NCBI RefSeq assembly: GCF_022539665.2 | Contig: NC_081331.1 | Span: 5,580,001 to 5,644,000 of the forward strand | DNA: 64,000 nucleotides | Source: Daphnia carinata | Taxonomy: Eukaryota | Direction of reading: 5' to 3' | Shown here: positions 37,801 through 50,200 of the stretch, in pieces | Position numbering within the stretch: position 1 is the first letter of the stretch | Layout: the number at the start of each line of letters is the position of its first letter | Notes under the pieces: model-generated | What the model was told of the DNA's origin: nothing | Seen by the model: the letters and a program-made list of their open reading frames with translations, nothing else | The model's database searches: none | Position numbers and translations under genes: made by a program

Positions 37801-40800
37801 GTCAAAGACTCGTGAACTGCTACAGCTATATAACTTTCAATGGGGCCAATAAGATCCGGCCGATCCTATTTTCCTCGTGACAAGAGTTTGCACGTAAAAG
37901 GGAAACCTCTCACACAAAAGCATCAGAGAGAAATGTTTTGGCTTTTCGCGTCTAATTAAGTAGCTCCTAGACCAACGAAGAGTGTAGAAGAGACGGAACA
38001 AAGAGTTGTAGGTCACGATCTATACGTAATATCCAAAGAACGCGTGCAAGTTGTACCGAACTTTTCCTGTAAAAGAGTTTTGCGCCCGAAAATAATACCG
38101 CCCCCAAGCGTCCAACTTTTTTGGTCTCAACGGTTGAAGCCATTACATAAGATCAGAAAGCAGAATGTTCCTTAAGCAAAATGTTTAGCACAACATACTT
38201 GGGGATGTACACTCATAGCCTAGATCAAGATCAAAGCTGGTTTCGATCGAGCCAAAGTACGTCAACAAAGATGTATCCTGTTAGCTATGCTAGACCTCCC
38301 ACTCTATATATAGACAAGCTGTCTGGCGCAAACACCTTTTTAATCTACAGTTTGTTTATTTCGTTGTTGTCGAATGCATGAGAGAATGTAATAGTGCCAT
38401 TGGCCAGCGGCTGCAAAAAATCCCTAGTTTCGAACTAAAAATAGTTTAAAACAATTTCAGCATTGGGATTAGATCGCAGCAGCTGATTCGATTGTTATGG
38501 ACGAGTTGATACGGCTTGGCATTTTAATGGAAATTCTGGCAAACGTCCCTCTTTCTTGGTAGCGTGAAAAACTTGCACGCCCACGGTCTGACGCCGCACA
38601 TTGCTGGCGTGACGAAGCCCACATCACACTAATTCTTTTGCATATTTCCAACGCACCCGCAAATGTTCGCCGTCCAATCTGATTGACTCTTAAATGTTTT
38701 TCATTGATTTTTCACGGGATTCCATAGCGAGGTAACCAGGTTGGCTTCTAAATAATCAAAACTAAACGCAACATCAACCAAATGTCTAACGGGAATTCGA
38801 CGGGCATCCTAGCGTGATTCGATGAACAAAACAAAAAAGGGAAAGCGTTTCGCATAGAAATGCAAGCTCAGAGAAGAGCGAGCTGCAGCTAGACACGGAG
38901 GGGGGGGAGGTTGTCGTTTAATCGATTAAAAATCAATTTGGCTTTGTAAAAGTTATGGGCTACTTGTACACGTATCTTTGTAGTATATCTATCCATTTAA
39001 AACAAACACTAGCTATACCCAGAATAATAGTTGCTAGGGACATTACGGGAGAATCCGGCAACCAATACACTAATGTCCAACAGCCTACAGAAATCCAATT
39101 AAGTAAAGTGAAAAATTTCTTTCAGTCTAACAGCCGGAAAATTCAAAATGAAAAATCGCCGCTGTGTATTAGTGGGACGGGAAGTCATCAGTCACGTGAC
39201 AAACGATGGGTAGCCTACAGCCATCGACCATTGATCACATAGAGCTCTATATAGAAATAGAACTATTTGTTAGCCTATACACAAAGAGAGGTAGAGCAGA
39301 GCGGATCCGCACAGGTAAATATCCAAGGCAAACAAGAGCTACACAACAGCATCGGCACACCAACAACAAGCAAAAAAAAAAAACTAATATACTGTATATA
39401 CGAGAACTCTAGCAAACTGACACGAAACACAATATATAAACAGCGACTGTTGTGCGTTTCTAACCTGGCGGTAGCGATCGATCGGGACTGGAACGACGAC
39501 CAGGCTGTCCGAGATGAGCTGCAGCACCCGCCAGTTCCGTCATAGTCGAGAGTCGCCGTCCGCAACATAGAAAGTGGCAGAGCACCGTCTTGAAGTACTG
39601 ACGAAACCTTTTTTGTCCGGTTAATGGATTCGGGCGAGTGACGCAAATTTATCAAGCAGGATCGTACAAAGAAGATGAGAAAAAAAAAATTAGAAGACCT
39701 TTGTTGATTTTCGTTCGCCTTTGCTTTGAAAAAAAAAATCTTAAAAGTAAAGATCGAAAATTGGTAGGCAACAAGGGAAGAAACCTGGCATTCATGTAGT
39801 AGTAAACTAGCGGATTAATCATGGCATTGCTCATTGCTAGCCAGTAGAATGAAAGGAAAATGTGCTGGACGTATTTGTAGGAAATGACTTGGTGGTCGAT
39901 GAACTGGTAGACAAAGTAGCCATGATAGGGAAGCCAGCAGACAGCGAAGAGCACAACAATCACCATGAACATACGCACCACCTTATTTCGATTGAAAGTC
40001 AATAATTCATTGATCAACCTTTAAGAGGAACTTGCTAGTTAACAAACGGTATAAATACGCTTGAAAACTCAATATGGATAGCTATAAATTGTATAGATCA
40101 AGACTTACTTTGCGTTTGGATTGAATGGATTCTGCTTGACGTTGGTTTAATTCTCCAATACTTTGGCTCCGCCAAAGGATGTAGCTCATTCTCGAATAGC
40201 AGACACCCATCACGCTCACCGGTATCAAGTAAGTGAGCACGGTGAAAATGATATTATATCTATATAAATGAGATATAACTATAAATCAAAATAGATCTAT
40301 CAAGATTCCATCCCTATAGCAATACGTACATGAAATCCTGTTGAGAAACGGATGGCAGTCCGTCTGGCCAGACAACTATACAAACAATTCGAACTTCGCC
40401 GTTGGAATACCTGCGTGCAAACGATAGCAAATTAGAAGGTTATTCATACTCGATGGAATTCAAATGTTACTACAAACAAGTTGGAAAAAAATGGATCAAC
40501 CCCAAAGCGTAGATCAAGCTAATAGCACTACTTCACTCACGCCAATTGCATATTTTTTCTGGGACATTTCAGTCTGGATGGCGATTGCAAACGTTTGATT
40601 TAAGCATGTACGTGGCAATTTTACGTCACTGTAGGTTTAATTCAATAATTATTTTGCTATTCGCGTCTCTCTGATTAAACTGCTTATCTTTTGAATGGCA
40701 AATGCAATAATCAATGGTAAATTGAATACGTGGAAAAAAAAGATATACTACATACGCTTAAGATCAAATTTTTGTTTATCATTTTGTATAGCCACTACCG

Positions 40801-43800
40801 AGAAGTGGAATGGTCAAAGCCAAACGAGATCAAAGTAAAGGGTTTCAATCGTATTCTTTGGTTTTCAAGAAAATCACGTTTGTTCCGAGCAAACATTTAT
40901 CGATAAACACACACTCAAGTTTTCCCAGTAAAGGTACGGTTCTCTTTCTATTTCAAGTCCAGGCGCTATTCGCTTGCTCTAATCTGGTGCCATAGTGTGT
41001 TACGTGATGTATAAGAAAGCAGACATGCAAACTTCAGCGTATAAAAAGTATTTTTCAATTTAAAGAAAAAAAAGGAGTATATTGCATTTAAAGTAGGTTC
41101 CTCACTTGTGTGAGATTGTCTGTGAGTAGAGAAGGCAAGGGACGGCCAAGATACAGCTGGCCAACCAGATGAGGCTGATGGCGATCCGGGCGATGCATTT
41201 GCTCATTCTCGGTCGCAGCGGGTAAACAATGGCAATGTACCTAGAAATGCAATACAAAATGTAAATTGAGTGGTGCGGAACTGAACGAGTGACCTAAAGA
41301 CAGATCAATGCAGAGATGTTCTGCCGCTATTCTTCGAGTACCAAATCGTTCATTTTGCATGTTTATATGATGCCATATTTTACTTTGATTAAACAAAAAA
41401 GTTTCCTATTTTTTCCTTTATTAAATTTTGTTTTTATTCAGCCAAGATTGAACTCGTTGCTACTGGGAAGATTCATCCTCTGTTCCTTATGAACTTGCCA
41501 TCTTAACAATAAGTACTACACCGACAGGCCCAGAAGAAGTTGGCCGATACTGCGACCCTTGCTCCACAATAGCGCAGGTTAAAATTTTGTTTTTGTTGTT
41601 AACTTTGTTCACTGTTGCACTCAGTGCCCGCCTATAAATCACAAACGCATTGTACTCTTCGAAGAAAGAAAAAAAAAATCAAAATAAACAAAAACTTGAT
41701 TTTCGGAACCCTTTATTTACCAAAACGGAGCAAACTAAAGTGTGCAAGCGTCAAAAGAATAATTTAGTGTTCCTTATCGTTGTGCCGAACTTAACAGTAA
41801 CTACATCTTATTGTTGTTCGCTTCTGATTAAATTTGCTCGGCACGTTCGCCAATGCCTGCAACGTGACCAGACGAATGCAAACGTCTAGACGATGGGCTA
41901 TCAATCAGTATAAGGGCGAAATTGAATCCATCTTTTCTTTGGTGAATGTTCCATGCACAGTTTTGTTTTTTCGTTTCTATTTTTCTGTTGTCGATTCATT
42001 GGCCACATCTTTATACGGATGTTGTTGAAACACGTGACGGCACAGCAAACAAAACGCAAAGCTCTTGTCTGACAGTTTTCAATGGAAAACGAAGAGAATA
42101 GAGCAAAGATGGCAGCAATGCTTTTGGGAAAAGAAATTGGCAGAACAATAAAATATGTGCAGCTTTATGTAGTAAGAAACGCGCGGGGCCGTGCACATAA
42201 TAACGAATGCAAAGCGTATGAAAAACATACGAAGGCTAAGTCTATATGGATGCATCGCACAGACTATTAACATTTTAGTGTAGCATACTCTTGGAGAAAA
42301 AAATGGGCTTGAGAAACAGCTTCTCCTGTCTTAACATTTTTCCCTCTTCGCTTGGGTTGTACGTAAAAAAAAATCCTGAATATCTTTTATGACTATCGTA
42401 TATGCATAAGCTCTACTTGAAATGGATTGTTGGCCGTTTCATTTCACAAGTTACTCACAGTCCCTCTGTGCCTTTTGTTTACTGTATCCCTAAAAATGTC
42501 TCTAAAAAATGTATACCACAAGCGGAGGAAGGCCAGTGTCAAACATCAAAAGCGTGAAAATGTCGATAAAAGCAAAAAAAGTCCCATCTTGTACTTTTTC
42601 CTAACGCCCCGAAACATAGACATGTCGCCCACACGTTCTTTTTGCAGAATGTTTCCTCTCTTTTGTCACCGTCTAGTCAACCAAAAGCGGCAAAGATCTA
42701 AGTTTATATTTGTTTGAAACCCTCACGACGAAATCAATGGTTTTTTTTTACTGGGGAACATCCAGCACATTCTTTAATTTCAACATCAACTGCGCAACGG
42801 AATGGCGAAAGCACGAAGCCAAATCGACCATCAAAATGTGAAACCTCTGTCTGTTTCTATTTCTTTCTCTGATGTTTCCTTTTTTTTTTGTCGCAGATCG
42901 ATCACAGGCAATACTTGTTTCTCTTTTTTTTTTCTTGCCTTTTGTTTTCCTCATAAATATAATACGCTTCTATTTTTGGCAAACAGAAATGGCTACTGTT
43001 GTCTAGAAACTCAGGCGGATCTAGAAAACAACTGAGCCAACATGATTGTAGGTGGATCGATATGTATCCGTTATAGCATAGCGACAAGCGCTGTACAGTC
43101 GCTCATACAAATATTTCCCTTTTTTATATTCTTTTGTGTACATCGGTTCCTTGACCGCATAGATTATCGTGGGAGTTGCGATCAAGTTGCGTGTTTTTGG
43201 GTTATTCGTACCTGTCGAAAGAGATTGCCACCAGTGTAAAGACACTAGCTGCAACTGTGACGTTGGCGATGAAATTGTTAACGGTACAGTAAAAACCTCC
43301 GAATGGCCAATGACTGAACATACGGGAAGAAGAAAATGCAATTAAAATGAAATACTAGCGTTAGGTGGAAAGTTGTTCTTGAATACTCGTTTACTAAAAT
43401 CACCTGTTGAGCATAAAGGTGAAATTGAAGATGCAATTAAACAGAGACATTGTCAAGTCAGCCAGACTTAAATTGACCTGTGGGATTGATAGTAGCATCA
43501 TAAATGAATAAGAGAATAATTTTTTATCTGATAATAAAGAAATAATTCACCAGGAAATAATTGGTGACTGTCTTCATTCTTCGATGGGCTAATATTCGAA
43601 GAAAAAAAAAACGTGGGAAACAAAATGCAAACTACGCGTTATTCTCCAAGTGTTCCGATCAGAAAATGCAAGACACGAATACAAATTTGGACTAACCGAG
43701 TACGATCCAGGCAACTAAAGTATTTCCAACAATAGCAACAAAGAGCATCAGGGTAAAGATGGCGATCCAGGAAGTCCTCTGTGGCCATGGCATGAGATAA

Positions 43801-44213
43801 GGCGACGAGTAGTTCTCCGACACGTCATTGTTACTATACGTGGTGCCAACGAAGTCATAGTCATTCTCACTGTAGCTGCTGCTAACATTCATCGTTCTGG
43901 AATCGACGAAAGCTGACGACTGGGCATAATACCACTGGTCATAATCACCGGCCCATGCAGTGGTGACGTTGTCCAGGCCACCGAACACACTCGTATCACT
44001 GCCATAGTACGATGGCGCTAACCCATTCAACAGCAACACATCACTTTGTAAGAAACCTAACAAGTTCTGCGTGACATTGACGAGATTGCCAACTTCTCCG
44101 TGATTGTGAGCGTTGTTGACGGTTGAATCTCGCAGAAGATAGAAGAGGAAATCGCGAGAGCGTAGCTGATGGTCGTCCACCCGTTGTAGAGAGCCATCGA
44201 CCATTAAGTTCAT
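34894..44213 (-). CDS. TkR86C: Tachykinin/natalisin receptor-like class A GPCR (TkR86C-like), copy 2, with two candidate terminal exons
   Basis: Approximate exons 44213-43697, 43588-43551 (AHRRMKTVTNYFL), 43477-43404, 43314-43212 (..AISFDR), 41240-41106, 40410-40328, 40259-40109, 39981-39785 (CWLPYHGYF..SNAMINPLVYYYMNA), 39607-39464 (RFRQYFKTVLCHFLCC), then 36833-36370 or 35303-34894. Intron positions match copy 1. The start ATG (44213) is the first in-frame ATG and is tentative. Confidence 0.9.
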
Positions 44214-47200
44214 GATCCACAACTTTGTTTCAGTTGAGAATGGTCCCACATCCAACCTGCTAACCAACAGAAAATAGTCAAATTTTTAAGCTAAAAGAAC
44301 AAACAGAAAACAAGTATTGCGCTATTTCTATGGTGTCACTACAGGGAGGATGTAATCTTGCTGGCTATAAAAGATGAACTGTATGTACTCTTCTTGTTAA
44401 ATTTTTCCTAGCAATCCTTAATGACCGTGGAAAGAAGACCCTATTCATCTGAAAGGGACGAATTGAATCGCTGAATCGTCACGAAATTGGTCAATGAAAA
44501 GAAATGGCTCAGTAAAGCGATAGGGAACAGTTCATTGAGTCTGTTAAATTCGAACTGGTACGCCCGTTTCTACCTATAACCGTCATAAGAAAGACACGAA
44601 TGCGTCATATCACTCGCCTCCCGAAACGGAATTGAAAAGATGTCAAGGGCAACGCCTCTGAAAAAAAAAAATATATTTATAAAACGACCCATTACCTGTA
44701 CGCAGCAAAGAGATCTAACCAACTAGACTGCCATTCTTTGCTGTTGACAATGTTAAAGACCCAAAGAATCAGTCGTGAACTTGTGTTCGGCATGCCAGGT
44801 ACATTAATGTTTCACGCAATAGATGTACAGTATGTCTGGTGTTCGTTTCTACTCAAGCGTCATCGTTCGATGGGATAAAATTGACTGAATGAACTTGTCG
44901 CTTGAACTTTTTAAGCGAACGCTGGCTCACGAAGTTTATCGACGTGCAACAGCGTCCAAACAGCTTCTGTGGAACAAAGCTGTCAATCGTAAAACATATT
45001 AAGCGCAATATTACTGCGATAAGGACTCGTAGACTGCGCTGATCTTTCAAGCGGAGAAAATCCCTTTGAGTAGGTATTACGTTCGATGTTCACGACATGC
45101 AGTGCATCATGACCATGGAGATCAAGCGCTAGGAGACGCAACGACATTGCAAGCTTCGATTTAGCCATTTAATTATTATTAGAAATAAACGAGGTCAATC
45201 TGTCAAGGCTATAGAATAAGTAGTACTTGCTTGTAATTAATCAAAACGAGTGCTAATGTCTTTATCTGTTGTATTTGTTTTCACGAGATCAATACACTTT
45301 CCACAGCCAACCGACAACGTCTAGGGCGACTATACGCAACATTAGTACCAACTAGGTTGCAGCGCATCCGGTCACCTGCTACATTTGCCTTTAGTTACCT
45401 TTATCTGAAGTGAATCGCACGCTATTGATACTGAACAATGCTTAGGGAGAAGGGATTTGGTAGCATATCGATTCTTTTCGTGAGCTAGATCACATCGTGA
45501 ATAATCAGTTACAGGTCTCTACGGTGTATTCGGTTATTTTATCCGTGAGATGCAACTGCAGTGTCCATAGGCGATATTAGTGGTTGCATTATACCATCAG
45601 TTTCTCCGCTTTCACGTCACTTCAGTAGATAGTCTATATTTGGATTCGCATTACACTGGTCTCCCGAGTGGTAAGGACATCGGTAACATGAATCCAAGAA
45701 CCATGCATGGACACACAAGAGTATAAGAAAAACCTCGAATTCTAAGATATAGACTTGTTGACATTGGAAATAACCTTGTAGTCTGAGATTACTGGGCGCG
45801 TACATAAGGTAATATCAGGTTTTTCTTTGCACCGCAAAAAGCCAATGTTTCCATTATAGATGGAAAAAAGTTTTTTTTAGGCCATTCGGTATTCAATTCA
45901 TGCGTTTCGAGATACAGGCTAGATACAGACAAAGAACGAACTGCCCAGTTGAATAACGCAAATGTTTTTGTTAGGATAGGCTCTTTGAAGTAGCGGTAGG
46001 CATTCTTGCTGGACCGCCTAAACTCTGTAAGATGGGATGCATTCTTTTATTATTCAGGACAGGTCAGCAGAATAAAGTTGTCTTTTATTGAAACCAACCT
46101 TAGGGATATAAACAAGCTCTTATGTATCTCTTATACGAAGGCTTCTTTTATTCTTTATCCTGGTGTGTGCATAAAAGAGAACTTTGTGCTCCAGTAGTTT
46201 TGCTAAATGGGGCTATTGTTTTATGATTCGCCCTTGCAGCTCATTTTGTTTAGTAATCCCTACTCCCTTATCGCCTTTCTGGTGGAGAAATAACGCAGAG
46301 CGTTTTGAAAAATGACTAGTCAGGCTGGGCAACGCAAACGTTAGGGAAACATGAAACATTGTGTTAGTTTGATAGTGTCTTCGTTTGCACAGTATGCTCT
46401 ACAACGTGATAGAAGTATGTTTTCTGTATGCTCAAGCCTGGTCAATAGAATAGAAACGTTGGCCTTTAAAACGATTCTTGTGTGCCTGTTGAATATTTCG
46501 TGCTGCAAAACGAGATCGCACTTTCAATTTAAGATTAAATTTTTCAGCTGTCAAGATAAGAACTCCAACAGCATTTTCCACTATACAAACAAGACGATAC
46601 ATAAAGACGGTAGCCAGGATTGCTGTAGTTATTTCTGTCCTAAATAAAAGTTCGGGTACACCAACCGAAAACGACCTCAAAGTTGCATCCATCATCACAT
46701 TCGTGTGGCGTTGTGTGTGCTGTTTTTGTGACTAGGCTACTGCAACATAGCGATGGAAACTGAAGACGATCCAGTGTGATGATGGTGATCAACAGGATGT
46801 GAAAGACCTGCTCCAACTACTCCCAAGTCGGAAGGCGTTGAAGCTCTACATCGTCTTAAGATCTGACTTGGAGATCGATATGATAGGACCAATTGCATTG
46901 AATGCAAGGCTTTTTTGATGGATCACATCCGCAACGATACGGATGTGTGCAGTCTATACCCACAGGGCTACATGACAGACAGTTAATGGAAAAACGGTGC
47001 ATCATCTATCTAACGTAATGTAGTTGAATATTTATATAGAAACTTCATTTATGCTATTCACACAAATCAACTTGGATTATGAGGATTTTTTTATGACGAC
47101 AAATTGACTTTTGTGATAGCAGTAACATCATTTCAAAAAGTTGAAGTTAAAGCACATAACCATGATTCACGCGGACAGCGGGGATGTTGTTTAGGTAGTC

Positions 47201-50200
47201 AACTGCAGGATGGATAACGTCGTGACAGACAAGCTAACGACGAACAACACCCAGCCAGAGGCACCGTCATTACACGCCTTGTCGCTTTCTATTGTGGTCC
47301 ATTGTCGTCAAGTCGATGCCGCGTAATCACAACCTAAACACAGCCCGCATTTTCAACAATATTCAAACTGCGTCTCCTCTACACATTCACCAACTTCTTC
47401 GGCGCACTACGTTGACGTCAGCTCACAATCAGCTGGCTCATTAGCGTTTCATTTCAACATTTTTCTTACAACATCCAGCCCATGGTCCTCCTGACCGAAG
47501 GGGATTCACTTGCAAATACATCGGCTGTCGGAGTCCTTTCTGCGTTTACGCATTTCAATGTTACTGTCTAAAAGTCAGCTCGCATAAGTCATATACACGA
47601 TGATTGCGTAATCCTATTAAAGGAAAGCTTCTTTTTCCATCGCTTTGCTTACTCTGCTGTCTCGTGACTAATTAAGCGTTTCTCTTTAATTAAGAGGCCA
47701 AACTGAGCCAGCAGTCGATTGCCTTTTGTTCACTTCAGCGCTTTTTTAGCCTCTTAAGAGGATAAGTGATCACACGAGGAACTGTATGAACTAGTTAGAA
47801 TATCCGAGGACTCGAAATAAAAGTTATTTGGTTCCACACGTGGTAAGGTTCTGTCGAATGTTTTATTGGAAAACGTATTGACCCTGAGACACTCATAACT
47901 ATTTCACACGTCTTCTTGTGGAAGCGTGGGCGATGAATTAATAAGGGCCTTTGAACAGCAATGCCCTTTTAATTACCAGTTGCAATCAACAGACATCGTA
48001 GCTCGAAATAAGTTGTTTGCAAACTCGGGGAGCATAGCGGCGTTTTCGTATTGAACTGAATTAATCATATGCTGAAATGTTTCAGCAGCGAAACCATAAT
48101 TCCCTCAAAAGAAAAAAAAACTATTTTTGGCGCGGTTGTGCATATTGTTTTGATCTTTCTGCCTCTTTAATTAAAAGTGGGTAATTAATGATGGCCTAGT
48201 TGGCAATTGAAGACATTCAAAATGCAAAATTGCATATTGATCTTCGGTGGCAAATCTTGGCCCAATTAAGGAAAGAAATTCTGGGGAAAATTTTCGCATT
48301 GACATGTATTTCGGAAGATCCTTTGCTGTGCGTCGAATTATTGCAAACACATGTGTAAGGGGAACAAAATATTGCTTTGAGTCCCTCACGAGCTGTGATT
48401 ACAGCAACCAGTATACAACCTACCAGACATACAACTTACCTGTTATTTTGGCTTCTCTTCTCGAATGATGATTTTTTTTTCTGATAAAATTTAATTGTTT
48501 TTTTTAGCATCTAATGTCCGAGAAGAAGTAGATCTCGTAGGGGTAAAACATCACTAACCACCACATCCGATCTCATCTCCGGACCCACTTGCAGCGAGGA
48601 ATCATTTAGAATGATAAGAACGTGTCCAAGTGCAGTATCTTGATCAACTCATAAGCTCATCATTTCGCATTTTTGGACAATGTGGAAGTTAAGAATGACA
48701 AAAGTCACGGAATAGCAAATTTTGTCTTCGATATGGTCGAACAACTATCTGGCTTGTGCCTCTAGGTGATGACGATTGAGGAAGCAAAAGAACTTCACGA
48801 CACAGCACAGAAGGGCAGTCGCGTTGTGTAGCACTTCCACCCAACGACTGAGGGTGCTACCAGTGTCAGCCACTACTTTTTGTTGTGCTGCACGCTATGG
48901 CCGCGCTGGGGCTGCAGATATGCGTTTATAAATACACGCTGTAGGCGTCCTATAACCAGCGGCTCTCGGTGTAGGATCCGTCGCTATTAAGGCGACAAAC
49001 GCTTACTCAAAAAAATACATAAATAAATAAATTAGAAAAGGAGTCATATACTGTATATCTGTAAAAAATTGATTTACTTTGGCGAATGATGAAATGTAAG
49101 GAGGATAGGTCTACATTAAAGGACGTTTAAGAGAAGGATATGCAGGCAAATGCAACAATAAAAGTGTGTTCTACGAAGAAAAAAACCTTCCCCTACTTGA
49201 TTGTTGCCACGGTCTCTTATATTGCTTTTAAAACATTTGTCAGCGTTCTACAAATCGAAAAACTTTTGTCAAGTCTAAGCTTTACGTGTTCCGCAAGGGG
49301 AAATGTTCAAGTTTTCTTCTTTTTTTTATGTATAGGACAAGGTGAATTTTGTTTCGCTTAAATTTGCCTGCACGGATGCGAAGTAAAAACTTGCGCAGTG
49401 CGAAAACGTATCTTATTGAAATGGTAGCATGTAAAAACTGAAGAAAAAAAATGTATCCCATCACATATGGGGTAGTTTTGCATAAAGAGTTTTCATGTTG
49501 CTCTACGACGGTGTACACCTTTTTTACGAAACGAAGATGACCAGTTATACTCCTCGGTAATTCTTTTGTGACATCATCTCTGTTTTGTTGTGTCTGGTTG
49601 CTAACGTGAAATCAGAGATGTTGGGATTTTGGGGTATCAAGTTTAGAATCTATGATCTTCTTCGTCAGTCAACACACCCACACTGTGTATGTAATGTATA
49701 GAGACAAGCGAAATCCATCTTCTAAACATCGTCCTCTTAAAGGTCATTTACTCGCGAAGCTTTTTTTCCTCCTCGAATGTATACACACATAATCGGTAGC
49801 CTTAAAAAAAATGAAAGGAAGTGCGTTAGACATAAAGCAGAAAGGAAAATGCTCTGAGAATATTTGTACATAATTGATTTCGTGTACATTTTTTGTTTGG
49901 TTGAAATTCTGACCCCAAACTTTTAATAGAACTAACGGTATCTATTTTGGTTTGGGTGGAGTGCAGGATATGAAGTAATGTCTCGCCACACAGAGTTTGT
50001 AATTGAAAAAGTACATACGATTGGAATATTTCTTTCATATCCTCTGTACGAGATACGGACCTCAATCTCTTCATTTAACTTTCCACCGTGTTCCAAAAAC
50101 TTTAATTTTAGAGCAACATTCCCTTTTTTGTTTCTCGTTTCCGCCACTTTCTCTACGCCAGTATTTCGCAGAAAAAACTGTAGAAATGAATTTTTTAATG

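Noticed and set aside
39275..39655. ORF-track 126-aa ORF as the GPCR C-tail
   Set aside because: The exon is in another frame (RFRQYFKTVLCHFLCC), fixed by helix-8 homology and splice phase.
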